Below, in pieces: positions 22,270 to 32,606 of a stretch of 64,000 bases of DNA. The first letter of the stretch is position 1. Each line of letters opens with the position of its first letter. This DNA is from Fidelibacterota bacterium. Lineage in GTDB: Bacteria; Fidelibacterota; Marinisomatia; SCGC-AAA003-L08; D37C17. The stretch spans positions 1,239 through 65,238 of the forward strand of contig PANN01000009.1 of assembly GCA_002707645.1 (NCBI GenBank), in the 5' to 3' direction. Below the pieces are notes generated by a model. That model was not told the origin of the DNA. It saw nothing but the letters and a program-made list of their open reading frames with translations, and made no database searches. The position numbers and the translations under genes are program-made.

Positions 22270-23153
22270 TAAATAAAATGAAATTTAATTTTGTTAAATA
22301 CTTCAAGCAAATGTTTGTTATATCAGTATCAATTTTTACGATTAGTATATTATCACTATTATTCATTGGTATTCCAAGCTCAATTGATTTTACTGGTGGT
22401 ACTATAATTAATATCAAGGTAGATACAGATATTAATTTGAGTAATCTTAGGCAAGCATTAGAAGAAAATTTAAATCAGTCCGTAAGTGTCGTTGAAGTTA
22501 AATCTAATAATGAATCATATATTTTGCTTAAAATGAGCTATTTATCTGACGAACAAGTTATAAATGATTTATTAAAAAAGGTTTACGGAAATAGCTTTAC
22601 GATAAATCAAATTGAATCTATTGGACCTAAAATTGGCGATGAATTAAGAGTAAATGCAAGAAATGCAATTATTGCATCTTTACTCCTTATTGGATTGTAT
22701 ATAAGCATTAGGTTTGATGGATATTATGCGATAGGAAGTTTATTTGCTCTGCTTCACGATGTATTTATTACACTTGGAATTTTTGTATTTATGAACGTAG
22801 AAATTAGCATTTCTATTATTGCTGCTTTACTAACAATTGTAGGGTATTCACTTAATGATACTATCGTTATTTATGATAGAATCCGAGAAAATATGTCTTT
22901 AAATCCATATCGTGATAAGAAAAAAATATTCAATACATCTCTAAACCAAACATTAAATAGAACCCTGGTAACATCATTAACAACATTAATAGTTGTATTA
23001 GTTTTATATTTTTATGGTGGAGATGTTCTTCAGCCATTTTCAATTGCGTTAATCATTGGAATAATTTTAGGAACATACTCTTCTATATTTATTGCTAGTC
23101 CTGTAACATTGTTTTTAGAAGAAAAATATAATATAGAAGAGGAGGAAGATTAA
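22266..23153 (+). CDS. secF: Protein translocase subunit SecF
   Basis: DFTGGT motif, GYSLNDTIVIYDRIRE, and overlap with the secD stop. Confidence 0.92.
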   Translation: MINKMKFNFVKYFKQMFVISVSIFTISILSLLFIGIPSSIDFTGGTIINIKVDTDINLSNLRQALEENLNQSVSVVEVKSNNESYILLKMSYLSDEQVINDLLKKVYGNSFTINQIESIGPKIGDELRVNARNAIIASLLLIGLYISIRFDGYYAIGSLFALLHDVFITLGIFVFMNVEISISIIAALLTIVGYSLNDTIVIYDRIRENMSLNPYRDKKKIFNTSLNQTLNRTLVTSLTTLIVVLVLYFYGGDVLQPFSIALIIGIILGTYSSIFIASPVTLFLEEKYNIEEEED

Positions 23154-23157
23154 TATT

Positions 23158-24417
23158 ATGTCAATAAATGTAATTGTTGGTGGACAATGGGGTGACGAAG
23201 GAAAGGGTAAAATAGTTGATTTATTAAGCAAAAATGTTAATATTGTTGCAAGATATCAGGGTGGCAGTAATGCAGGGCACACTGTTTATCACAACAATAA
23301 AAAAATTATTTTACATCAAATTCCTACGGGAATATTAAGAGAAAATAATGTCTGCATACTAGGCAAGGGTATGGTTGTTGATCCAGATGGCATTATTGAA
23401 GAAATTGAATGTTTAAATAATAACAATATTGATTTTAATAATAGAATTATTATTGATTATTATGCACATATTGTAACACCGCTACACAAATTAATAGATA
23501 AAATTAATGAAGAAAAATCAGGTGGAAAAATTGGAACTACATGCAAGGGTATTGGTCCAACATATCAGGATAAGTATCAAAGAATAGGTATTCGTGCAAT
23601 TGATTTATTAGATATAAAACTATTAAAGAAAAAAATAGAAGAACGAACTAAAATTGCAATAGATAGAAGTGAAATTTGTGAGGATGATTTATTAAATATT
23701 AATTTAAATGATTATTATTCTTCATGCATAAAAATTAAAGACTTTATTAATGATTCTTTCCCAGTTTTATTTAATAAAGATAAGAGTAATATACTAATTG
23801 AAGGTGCTCAAGGAACATTATTAGATATAGATCATGGGACGTTTCCCTATGTAACATCATCTAATTGTTCATCAGGAGGAATAAGTACAGGACTTGGAAT
23901 TCCTGGGAATAAACTGGATAGTGTTATAGGTATTTTCAAAGCCTACGTAACTAGAGTTGGTGGAGGACCTTTTCCTACTGAGTTATTTGATGAAAATGGT
24001 AAACAGTTGCAATCTATTGGAAAAGAATTAGGCGCTACAACTGGCAGAGTAAGAAGATGTGGTTGGTTTGATATTGTAGCAGCAAAATATAGTGCTTGTA
24101 TAAATGGTCTAACAGGAATTGCACTAACTAAATTAGATATATTGGATAGTTTTGATACTATATATGTTTGCACACACTATGAGTATAAGGGTAGTAAAAT
24201 TACAGAAATGAGCAAGGTATTAAATTACTTGGATGAAGTAACTCCAGTATATAAACAATTCAAAGGTTGGAATTGTTCAGTTGAAGGTAGTCGTGTTTTT
24301 GAAGATTTACCTGAAGAAGCGAAAGTTTACATTAATTTTTTATCTTCTGAAATTGGTGTTCCTATTGAAATAATTTCGATAGGACCTAAAAGGCATCAAA
24401 TATTAAATTTACAATAA
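23158..24417 (+). CDS. purA: Adenylosuccinate synthetase
   Basis: GGQWGDEGKGK P-loop, GTTCKGIGPTY and GATTGRVRRCGW motifs. Confidence 0.97.
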   Translation: MSINVIVGGQWGDEGKGKIVDLLSKNVNIVARYQGGSNAGHTVYHNNKKIILHQIPTGILRENNVCILGKGMVVDPDGIIEEIECLNNNNIDFNNRIIIDYYAHIVTPLHKLIDKINEEKSGGKIGTTCKGIGPTYQDKYQRIGIRAIDLLDIKLLKKKIEERTKIAIDRSEICEDDLLNINLNDYYSSCIKIKDFINDSFPVLFNKDKSNILIEGAQGTLLDIDHGTFPYVTSSNCSSGGISTGLGIPGNKLDSVIGIFKAYVTRVGGGPFPTELFDENGKQLQSIGKELGATTGRVRRCGWFDIVAAKYSACINGLTGIALTKLDILDSFDTIYVCTHYEYKGSKITEMSKVLNYLDEVTPVYKQFKGWNCSVEGSRVFEDLPEEAKVYINFLSSEIGVPIEIISIGPKRHQILNLQ

Positions 24418-24452
24418 TTATGAAAATCAACTGTCTTTTATTAATTTAAACT

Positions 24453-27080
24453 ATGGTCAAATATTTAAAAACATTTTGTTTAATATTTATTATTTCAAAC
24501 TTTTTGCTTTGCGATCCATACAAACAGCTTGATATTGATTTTTTAAAAAATTCAAAGAAAAAAAGCATAAAAAAAACTCCTAGTGTTGTAAAAAAACCTA
24601 AAAGTTCACTTCCCAAACTATCGGAAATAGTTAAAGATTTTGAGAAGATATCTGGATTATGGGATTTTTACTTTAAAGAAGATAATAATAAATTACTGCT
24701 AGCCTTAGAACCTAAACATTTTGAATCAGAGTATATGGCTAATATAACTAGACAATCTGGTGATGCTTATTACTATGGAAGCTCAGCTATGCTTAATGAA
24801 TTTCCTTTTATTTTTAAGCAAGTAGGACAAAACATACAAATGATTCATATCAATGTTTTATTTAGAGCTGATGAAGATAAATCAATTTCAAAAGCTGTAG
24901 ATAATGATTTCTCTGATTCTATTATAGCGACGACTAAAATTATTCCCCATGATGATTCTACTAAAGTAATTTTGGTCGATGCAAATAATTTATTTATAAG
25001 AGATATTTCTTATATATCCCAACGTGCTAAAGGAAGATATACTTTTGATTTAAAAAATAGTTCATTTATTGATATTGATTCTTTTGATAGTAATATTGAA
25101 TTAGAAATCTCAGCATATTATAGAAGTAAGAAAACAACAGATTCATATACTTTGCCAAACTCCAGAAGTATGGAAATGAAATATCATATTAGTATTATGG
25201 AATTACTAAAAAATGATTTTATTCCAAGACCAGTTGATGATAGAATAGGATATTTTTCGACAATATATCAAGACTATTCTAATACATTGCAAGAATCTCA
25301 GTATGTTAGATATATACAGAAATGGAATCTTGTAAAAAAAGATCCTTATAGTAAATTATCTGAACCTGTTGAGCCAATTGTTTATTGGATTGAGAATACT
25401 GTCCCTGAAGAATTTAGAGATGCTATTAAAGAAGGAATTGAATCTTGGAATATTGCATTTGAAGCTATAGGTTTTAAAAATGCAGTTGTAGCTAAGCAGA
25501 TGCCAGATGATGCTAAGTGGAATCCTGCAGATATTAGATATAATACCATTAGATGGTTTGTTCAACCAGGATCAGGTTATGCCGTTGGCCCAAGTAGAGC
25601 CAATCCTTATAATGGTCAGCTTTATGATGCTGATATAAGAATTAGTGCTGATTTTGTTACTAGTTTTTATAAAGAATTTGATGAATATGTTGTGCCAGTA
25701 ACTGAAGACGAGATATCACAACTATGGTATGAAAATCATGACCATAATCATGATAATCACGAAGCATGTAACTATTCAGATCACTTAAAAAAAGAGATGG
25801 CATACGGTTGGAATCAACTATTAATTAATGGTGGATTACAAGGCACAGAAGAAGACTTGAAGCGTTATGTACATGATGGTTTAGTAGACTTAGTATTGCA
25901 TGAAGTTGGACATACTTTAGGATTACGACATAATTTTAAAGCAAGTTCAATATATACAGTGGAACAGCTTAGTGATAAAAATTTTACAGAAAAATATGGA
26001 ATAAGTGGCTCAGTTATGGATTATCATCCAGTATGCTTATTAGATGGTGGTCATACATTGTTTCAAACAAAGCCTGGACCATATGATATGTGGGCTATTC
26101 AGTATGGTTATGAACAATTTAATAATAATGACTTAGTTAATAACTTAGAAAATATCGCATCTCAATCCAATCATCCACTACTTGTTTATGGTACAGATGA
26201 AGATTCTTTTGGACTATCTTCAAGAGGCATTGATCCATTATGTAATACTTGGGATATGAGTAGTAATCCTATTGAATTTTATAAAGATGAATTAAAAAGT
26301 GTGAATTATTTATGGGATAATTTACTTGACAAATTTGAGGTTCCAGGAGAAACATATCAAAAAATAAGAAGTGTTTTTTCTCAAGGAATTGGTGAGTATA
26401 TGTATGCAGGTAGATCTGCTACTAAATTTATAGGAGGAATTAATTTCAGCAGAAATCATGTAGGAGATTTTTCTCAGCAAAGCCCTTTTACTGTTATAGA
26501 CTCCAAGAAACAAAGAGAGGCTCTAGATTTTATTTTAGTCAACTATTTTGATAAAGATGCGTTTAGTTTTGATCCAGCATTACTGAACAAATTAGCACCA
26601 GAACGAAACGAAGATTTTAGAGATTATGTATGGAGATTAGATAGACCTGATTATCCTATTCACTCTGTAATAAAGAGAATGCAAATGTATCCACTCTATT
26701 CTCTATATCATCCAAGAAGATTAGCTCGCGTAAAAGATAATGAAATAAAAAATAATACGACTGACATATTTAGAATGGAAGAATTATTTTCAAAAGTTAA
26801 TGATGTTATTTGGCAAGAATTGAACCTTAAAGAAAATATCAATAGCTATAAGAGAGAATTACAAGTAATGCATATTATAATGCTTTCGAATATGATATAT
26901 AAAACAGATTCAATGCCTGCTGATGCCATTGCCTTGGGAAGAAGCAGTCTTAATTTAATTTTAAAAGATATATATTTTGCTTTATCTAATAATAACAATA
27001 ACTTTTATACAAAGTCTCATCTTGAATATTGTTCCAATTTAATAGAAACTATTTTAAATCCTAAAATTCAAATAAATTAA
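24453..27080 (+). CDS. Secreted zinc metalloprotease (large, metzincin-like HExxHxxGxxH)
   Basis: Signal peptide, and HEVGHTLGLRHNF followed by SVMDY. Confidence 0.8.
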   Translation: MVKYLKTFCLIFIISNFLLCDPYKQLDIDFLKNSKKKSIKKTPSVVKKPKSSLPKLSEIVKDFEKISGLWDFYFKEDNNKLLLALEPKHFESEYMANITRQSGDAYYYGSSAMLNEFPFIFKQVGQNIQMIHINVLFRADEDKSISKAVDNDFSDSIIATTKIIPHDDSTKVILVDANNLFIRDISYISQRAKGRYTFDLKNSSFIDIDSFDSNIELEISAYYRSKKTTDSYTLPNSRSMEMKYHISIMELLKNDFIPRPVDDRIGYFSTIYQDYSNTLQESQYVRYIQKWNLVKKDPYSKLSEPVEPIVYWIENTVPEEFRDAIKEGIESWNIAFEAIGFKNAVVAKQMPDDAKWNPADIRYNTIRWFVQPGSGYAVGPSRANPYNGQLYDADIRISADFVTSFYKEFDEYVVPVTEDEISQLWYENHDHNHDNHEACNYSDHLKKEMAYGWNQLLINGGLQGTEEDLKRYVHDGLVDLVLHEVGHTLGLRHNFKASSIYTVEQLSDKNFTEKYGISGSVMDYHPVCLLDGGHTLFQTKPGPYDMWAIQYGYEQFNNNDLVNNLENIASQSNHPLLVYGTDEDSFGLSSRGIDPLCNTWDMSSNPIEFYKDELKSVNYLWDNLLDKFEVPGETYQKIRSVFSQGIGEYMYAGRSATKFIGGINFSRNHVGDFSQQSPFTVIDSKKQREALDFILVNYFDKDAFSFDPALLNKLAPERNEDFRDYVWRLDRPDYPIHSVIKRMQMYPLYSLYHPRRLARVKDNEIKNNTTDIFRMEELFSKVNDVIWQELNLKENINSYKRELQVMHIIMLSNMIYKTDSMPADAIALGRSSLNLILKDIYFALSNNNNNFYTKSHLEYCSNLIETILNPKIQIN

Positions 27081-27084
27081 ATTC

Positions 27085-27990
27085 ATGTTAAATTTAGTAG
27101 TTATTTTAGGTCCTACTGCATCTGGGAAAACAAGTCTTGCTGTTAAATTAGCGGATTTATTTAATACAGACATTATATCTGGAGATTCTAGGCAAATTTA
27201 TAAGAATATGGATATTGGAACCGGGAAAGATTTATTCGAGTATAATATTAATAATAGGTCTATTCCTTATCATCTTATTGATATTATAAACCCTAATGAA
27301 GATTATAGTATTCATCAATTTAAGAAAGATTTTTATAATGTGTATGATGATATAATTAAAAAAAATAAGTTTCCTATATTATGTGGCGGTTCGGGATTGT
27401 ATATAGAATCAATTTTATTAAATTATAAAATTCCTAATATACCACCAGATTATGAATTAAGAGAAACACTTCAGAGTAAAACATTAGATTCATTAAAAAA
27501 TATATTAAATCAAAAAGATAATTCATTATATAATTCTGCTTATCATGTAACAAAGCGAAGAATTATTCGTTCAATTGAGCTTTTCAATAAAAAAAATATT
27601 AAATCTGATACTAAAAAATACCAGAGCATTAATAATTATAAAGTTATAGGTATTAAAACCAACAGAGACGTTTTATTACAACAAATTAAAAAGAGACTAG
27701 AAGAAAGATTAAGCAATGGTATGGTAGAAGAAGTAGAGTTGTTAATTCAAAATGGCATGTCGCTTGATAGGTTAAAATATTTTGGGTTAGAATATAGATT
27801 TTTAGGTGAATATTTATTTAACAATATATCATATGAAGAAATGGTTAATAAGCTAAATGTATCCATTAATAGGTTTTCAAAAAAACAAATGACTTTTTTT
27901 AGAAGGATGGAAAAAAGAGGTATTGAAATTAAATGGATTAAAAATGATGAACTAGAGGAAGCAAAAAAATATATTAAAACTTATTTATAA
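27085..27990 (+). CDS. miaA: tRNA dimethylallyltransferase
   Basis: ILGPTASGKTSLAV P-loop, and the DSRQIYKNMDIGTGK motif. Confidence 0.93.
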   Translation: MLNLVVILGPTASGKTSLAVKLADLFNTDIISGDSRQIYKNMDIGTGKDLFEYNINNRSIPYHLIDIINPNEDYSIHQFKKDFYNVYDDIIKKNKFPILCGGSGLYIESILLNYKIPNIPPDYELRETLQSKTLDSLKNILNQKDNSLYNSAYHVTKRRIIRSIELFNKKNIKSDTKKYQSINNYKVIGIKTNRDVLLQQIKKRLEERLSNGMVEEVELLIQNGMSLDRLKYFGLEYRFLGEYLFNNISYEEMVNKLNVSINRFSKKQMTFFRRMEKRGIEIKWIKNDELEEAKKYIKTYL

Positions 27991-27991
27991 T

Positions 27992-29131
27992 ATGAATTTT
28001 AATATTTCATTTAATAAATATATTAAGAAAACAATCTACCCTGATTTATCTAGACATAACTTTCCAAATAAAAAACAATACCATTATTTTATAGTTATAC
28101 CAGTTTTTAATGAATTTGATTACTTGCTTGCAACTTTACAAAGTATTAATAATCAAGATCAATCATTATTGAAAAAAACGTTAATAGTTTTAGTCATCAA
28201 TAATTGTAAAGATTCAGAACAATCAATTAAAGATAATAATCGGTTAACTTTTGAGATGGTCCAAAATAAAAAATTTAATTATGAATATATTATTTTAGAC
28301 TATTATTCTATAGGGAATGAACTCCCAATTAATAAATCAGGAGTCGGTGTAGCAAGAAAAATAGGTATGGATTATTGCTTAGCCTATTCATATGCAAGTA
28401 GTTTATTGTTTTGCTTAGATGCTGATACTTTGATAGCAAAATCATATTTAACTAAAATAGTAAACCATTATAATCAAGTAAGCTTTGGAACATGTATCGT
28501 TAAGTTTTCACACCAAAAATCTTCTAATTCAAAAATTGAAAAAGCAATTAGAGTATATGAAAATATTTTATATAAGATTGCTAATAAGATTAAAGCATGT
28601 AATTCTCCATATGGTTATGTTAGTATGGGATCTACAATTATTTGTAATGTTAAATCGTATATAGCGGTTGGAGGAATGCCGCAAAAATCTGCTGCTGAAG
28701 ATTTTTACTTTTTACAGGCTTTAGCAAAATATAGCTCTATAAATGTATTAAATGAATATTTAGTCTACCCATCTACAAGATTGGAAATGAGAGTTTATCT
28801 TGGTACGGGTTTTCGAATGCTTCAGTATAATGAAAATGAAAATTTTTCAGATTTAAATTTTTCAGACTACTGTTTTGATACAGTTAAAAAAATTATAGAG
28901 TTAGTTGATTTGAACTATAAAATATCTGATAGTTTATTTTTTAAAGAATTAAATAAGAATTTTGATGATAAAATTTGTAATTTTCTTAATGACCATAATC
29001 TTAAAAAGATATGGAATAGAATTAATAATAATGCTAGGTCAAAAAAACAATTTATGATTTTTTTTCATCAATGGTTTGATGCTTTAAAAATAATGCAACT
29101 ATTAAAAATTTTACATAACACAAAAGTTTAA
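27992..29131 (+). CDS. Family 2 glycosyltransferase
   Basis: FIVIPVFNE start of the GT-A fold, and a DAD(T) motif. Confidence 0.65.
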   Translation: MNFNISFNKYIKKTIYPDLSRHNFPNKKQYHYFIVIPVFNEFDYLLATLQSINNQDQSLLKKTLIVLVINNCKDSEQSIKDNNRLTFEMVQNKKFNYEYIILDYYSIGNELPINKSGVGVARKIGMDYCLAYSYASSLLFCLDADTLIAKSYLTKIVNHYNQVSFGTCIVKFSHQKSSNSKIEKAIRVYENILYKIANKIKACNSPYGYVSMGSTIICNVKSYIAVGGMPQKSAAEDFYFLQALAKYSSINVLNEYLVYPSTRLEMRVYLGTGFRMLQYNENENFSDLNFSDYCFDTVKKIIELVDLNYKISDSLFFKELNKNFDDKICNFLNDHNLKKIWNRINNNARSKKQFMIFFHQWFDALKIMQLLKILHNTKV

Positions 29132-29132
29132 T

Positions 29133-30914
29133 ATGAATGGAATAGAGTTTTATATTGGTTTATCTGCTGGGATTAATAATTTATTAAATTATAAAAATAA
29201 ATTAGATGAAATTAACGTTTTCCCCGTTCCTGATGGTGATACTGGAACAAACATGTGTTTTACATTACTTCCAATTATTGAAGAATGTAAAGATAAAATC
29301 ACAGAAGATATCAATGAAACTTTAGATATTGTTGCCGATACGGCTTTAGAATCTGCTCGAGGTAATTCAGGTACCATTATTGCTCAATTTGTACATGGTA
29401 TGAGAAGAGCATTGAGAGGAAAAAAGCTGATTGAAAATGATGATTTTTCTAAAGCATTAACTTCAGGATATGATAGTGCTATTGAATCATTAATGAAGCC
29501 TGAAGAAGGTACCATTATTACTGTAATGAGAGATGTTGCAAATAAATCAAAAGAATTATGTTCCGAAAATATTGACATATCTTTTGAAGTCTTTCTTGAT
29601 AAGTGTTATCATGAATCTGTCCAATCACTAGAAAAAACAAAAAATATTCTTAAAATATTAAGAAAGTCTGATGTTGTTGATGCTGGAGCGCTGGGGTTTG
29701 TTTTATTGATGCAGGGATGGCTTAACAGCGTACAAAAAAATACAAAAATTCAATCGCAACATTTAAATATTACCTATGATCATGAAAAAATAGAATCTTT
29801 AAAGAAGGATATTGATTTTACTATTAAAAATAAGTTCTGTACGGAGTGTGCAATTGAAAGTAAAAATATTGATAAAATAGAATTAAAATCTACAATTAAA
29901 TCTTTGGGTGATAGCATGGTACTTGCTGGTACGAAAGACCGAGTAAAAATACATATTCATACTAATACTCCTACAAAATTCTTTAAAATATGCGGAGCTT
30001 ATGGAAAGGTGGTTGATAGAAAAGTTGATGATATGACCAAGCAAGAACATACAGTGCATCATACAGGAGCAAGTGGTATTGCCATAGTGGTTGATTCTGG
30101 AGCTGATATTCCTAAGGAATATGAGAATGAAATTCAGGTAGTTCCTGTAAGGTATAGTTTTGGTAATCAGCAACATATTGACAAGGTAACTCAAACAACA
30201 AAAGACTTTTATCGTCAAATGGCGAGCGACTCTAATCATCCTAAAACTTCACAACCAACACCCGGTGATTTTAAGAAAATTTATAATTTCATCTCTTCGC
30301 ATTACGATTCTATTATTTCTATTCATTTATCAAAAAAAATAAGTGGAACATATCAATCAGGTATTAATGCTGCAAAAAATATTAAGGTCAAAAATATTAA
30401 TGTTATTGATTCATACAGTGCTTCAGTTGGTCTAGGGCTATTAGCCATTCACGCAGTTGATCTTAAACAGAACGGAAAATCATATAATCATATTATAAAA
30501 TCTGTGGAAGAAACTAAAAATATGATTCAATTATTTTTGCTCGTAAATGATTTAAGCTATATGGTCAAAGGAGGCAGGTTGCCTAGTAAAGTAAAGACTA
30601 TAGCAAACTTATTTAGCATAACTCCCATATTAGGCAATAAAAATGGAAAATTAACGCCAAGGGGAGTTTTCTTTGGTAAAAAAAAACGTATAGAAAAATA
30701 TTCAAAATTTCTAGATTCTAAGATGGATGAAGATAAACAATATAACATTATGATAGCTCATGCTAATGATCTCGAAAACGGTGAAAAATTACTTAATCTA
30801 TTACTTGATAAGCATACAAATATTAACAAATATGATATCTTAGAATTAGGGGGTGCTTTAGGAGCACATACTGGACCAGGTGGTTTGGCTATAGGAATTC
30901 AAGAAATAAAATGA
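29133..30914 (+). CDS. Fusion protein: DhaL/Dak2 (FakA-like) N-terminal domains plus a DegV (FakB-like) fatty-acid-binding domain
   Basis: The N-terminus has NVFPVPDGDTGTNM and ARGNSGTI (Dak2/FakA), and the middle has FCTEC...KIHIHTNTP. The C-terminal half is IAIVVDSGADIP...KTSQPTPGDF...SIHLSKKISGTYQS (DegV). Confidence 0.8.
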   Translation: MNGIEFYIGLSAGINNLLNYKNKLDEINVFPVPDGDTGTNMCFTLLPIIEECKDKITEDINETLDIVADTALESARGNSGTIIAQFVHGMRRALRGKKLIENDDFSKALTSGYDSAIESLMKPEEGTIITVMRDVANKSKELCSENIDISFEVFLDKCYHESVQSLEKTKNILKILRKSDVVDAGALGFVLLMQGWLNSVQKNTKIQSQHLNITYDHEKIESLKKDIDFTIKNKFCTECAIESKNIDKIELKSTIKSLGDSMVLAGTKDRVKIHIHTNTPTKFFKICGAYGKVVDRKVDDMTKQEHTVHHTGASGIAIVVDSGADIPKEYENEIQVVPVRYSFGNQQHIDKVTQTTKDFYRQMASDSNHPKTSQPTPGDFKKIYNFISSHYDSIISIHLSKKISGTYQSGINAAKNIKVKNINVIDSYSASVGLGLLAIHAVDLKQNGKSYNHIIKSVEETKNMIQLFLLVNDLSYMVKGGRLPSKVKTIANLFSITPILGNKNGKLTPRGVFFGKKKRIEKYSKFLDSKMDEDKQYNIMIAHANDLENGEKLLNLLLDKHTNINKYDILELGGALGAHTGPGGLAIGIQEIK

Positions 30915-31549
30915 TAATACAAATCATCATTAATATAATTTTAAGTTATTTAATAGGGTCTATATCAGGAAGTATGGTTTTAGGTAAAATACAAGGAATA
31001 GATATTAGGACAATGGGTAGTGGTAATGCTGGCGGCACAAACGCATTTAGAACTGTAGGTCCTTTATTTGCTTTGGGTGTTGTAATAATTGATATTTTGA
31101 AGGGTATTATATCAGTTTTAATAATAAGCAATTTATCCTTTTATATTAGTTTAGATGCTAAGGTAATGCAATATATTCCAGTTCTATGTGGCTTTGCTGC
31201 TGTTATGGGACATGTCTACCCTTTGTATTATAATTTCAAAGGAGGGAAGGGTGCTGGAACATTAATTGGTGTTCTTGGAGTGCTCTACCCATTAAGTATT
31301 CCATATGCATTGTCGAGCTGGATTATTGTTTTAGTATTAACTGGTTTTGTAGGTCTAGGAACAATGATTGCCGGCATAGTTATTGTGATTATTTCCTATT
31401 TATATTATCCTAATGGATTGAGTTCACCCTTTGGAATGTTTTCTGTTATAATGGCAATATTTGTTGTTTTTACTCATCGATCAAATATTGTTAGAATGTG
31501 GCGAGGGAAAGAAAATCAATTTAAAAAAATAATGCTATTTAAGAAGTAG
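30911..31549 (+). CDS. plsY: Glycerol-3-phosphate acyltransferase PlsY (acyl-phosphate dependent)
   Basis: GSGNAGGTNAFR and the FKGGKG motif, in a multi-TM protein. It overlaps the upstream stop. Confidence 0.93.
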   Translation: MIIQIIINIILSYLIGSISGSMVLGKIQGIDIRTMGSGNAGGTNAFRTVGPLFALGVVIIDILKGIISVLIISNLSFYISLDAKVMQYIPVLCGFAAVMGHVYPLYYNFKGGKGAGTLIGVLGVLYPLSIPYALSSWIIVLVLTGFVGLGTMIAGIVIVIISYLYYPNGLSSPFGMFSVIMAIFVVFTHRSNIVRMWRGKENQFKKIMLFKK

Positions 31550-31552
31550 TAA

Positions 31553-31590
31553 TTAAAAAAAAAGCCTTCTTAAAAGAAGGCTTTTTAATT
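31553..31590. terminator. Bidirectional rho-independent terminator between plsY (+) and the 75-aa gene (-)
   Basis: GCCTTCT / AGAAGGC stem (31564-31570 / 31575-31581) flanked by an A-run upstream and TTTTT downstream. Confidence 0.85.
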
Positions 31591-31608
31591 AATAAGAGTC
31601 AAAAAGAC

Positions 31609-31836
31609 TTATTTTCTACCTCTTGCCATAGGAGCTTTAGAAACATCTCCATCTTTATCTACGAAATATAACCAACCTTTTTCTCTAGTTACATTTGTAT
31701 CAGCAACTTTTTTTGCGTTTCCACCTTTATCGCTACCTCTAGCCATTTTAGATGCCCAAACGTTACCATCTTTACCTAGATAGTATAAGTGTCCTTTTTC
31801 TTTTTGTACTCCACATTTAGCTACTTTTTCAGCCAT
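31609..31836 (-). CDS. Small basic protein made of two ~30-aa repeats (VAxxxVxxEKGxLY[YF]xxKDGxVxxxxMARG)
   Basis: Residues 5-34 and 44-73 align with about 17 of 30 identical. GGAG RBS 7 nt upstream, with its own terminator and upstream AT-rich region. Confidence 0.7.
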   Translation of the reverse strand: MAEKVAKCGVQKEKGHLYYLGKDGNVWASKMARGSDKGGNAKKVADTNVTREKGWLYFVDKDGDVSKAPMARGRK

Positions 31837-31964
31837 GATTTAATCTCCTTCGTTAAACTACATTTTATTTTAAAAAAAATTTACCATAAAAAATATGTAT
31901 TTCTCTTCATAAAACCAAGTTATTTTTAAACTTTTTTTAAAAAAAATACTCTTTTTGATGTTTT

Positions 31965-32606
31965 TTAGCGATTTTTTTCATATTTTTGCATTGTTTCTAT
32001 AAATTCCTCTAAATCTTTTGATTTAAAGAAATCTGAAATATGAATATTTTCTTTAATTGATATCTGTTTTTTTATTCCATAATTATGACCAGGGTATATA
32101 ATAGTATTAGGTGGGAGTTTTAGAATTATATTATAAACACTATTATATAAATCTTGAATATTGCTTTTATGACTAACTACTCTACCCGTTCGACCAACAA
32201 AAACTGTATCTCCTGTAAATAATATTTTAGACTTCTCATTCCAAAAGCACATGGAGTCATAAAAATGTCCAGGTGTACTTAGACAAGTTATTATTTCTCT
32301 TCCAACTTTAATTTTCTCGTTATTTTTAATATGAAATATTAATGGATGAGTAAGTTTAGTTTTATGATTTATATAAATACTGATATGAGAAAAAATATCA
32401 ATAAAGTCATTTAAGTATACTATGTGGTCATGATGAGAGTGAGTAATAAATATGCTATCTAATCTTAAATTATTATGTTTTATTTCAGCTAAAATAATAT
32501 CAATTTCAACAGAGGGATCAACTATAGAAGCAATCTTTTTAATTGGGCACCATATTAAATAAGAGAAATTTTGATCATAACCACCTTCGAAAACTTTAAT
32601 TTTCAT
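31965..32606 (-). CDS. MBL-fold metallo-hydrolase (glyoxalase II-like)
   Basis: THSHHDH (HxHxDH) motif with downstream GH and GD motifs. Confidence 0.8.
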   Translation of the reverse strand: MKIKVFEGGYDQNFSYLIWCPIKKIASIVDPSVEIDIILAEIKHNNLRLDSIFITHSHHDHIVYLNDFIDIFSHISIYINHKTKLTHPLIFHIKNNEKIKVGREIITCLSTPGHFYDSMCFWNEKSKILFTGDTVFVGRTGRVVSHKSNIQDLYNSVYNIILKLPPNTIIYPGHNYGIKKQISIKENIHISDFFKSKDLEEFIETMQKYEKNR

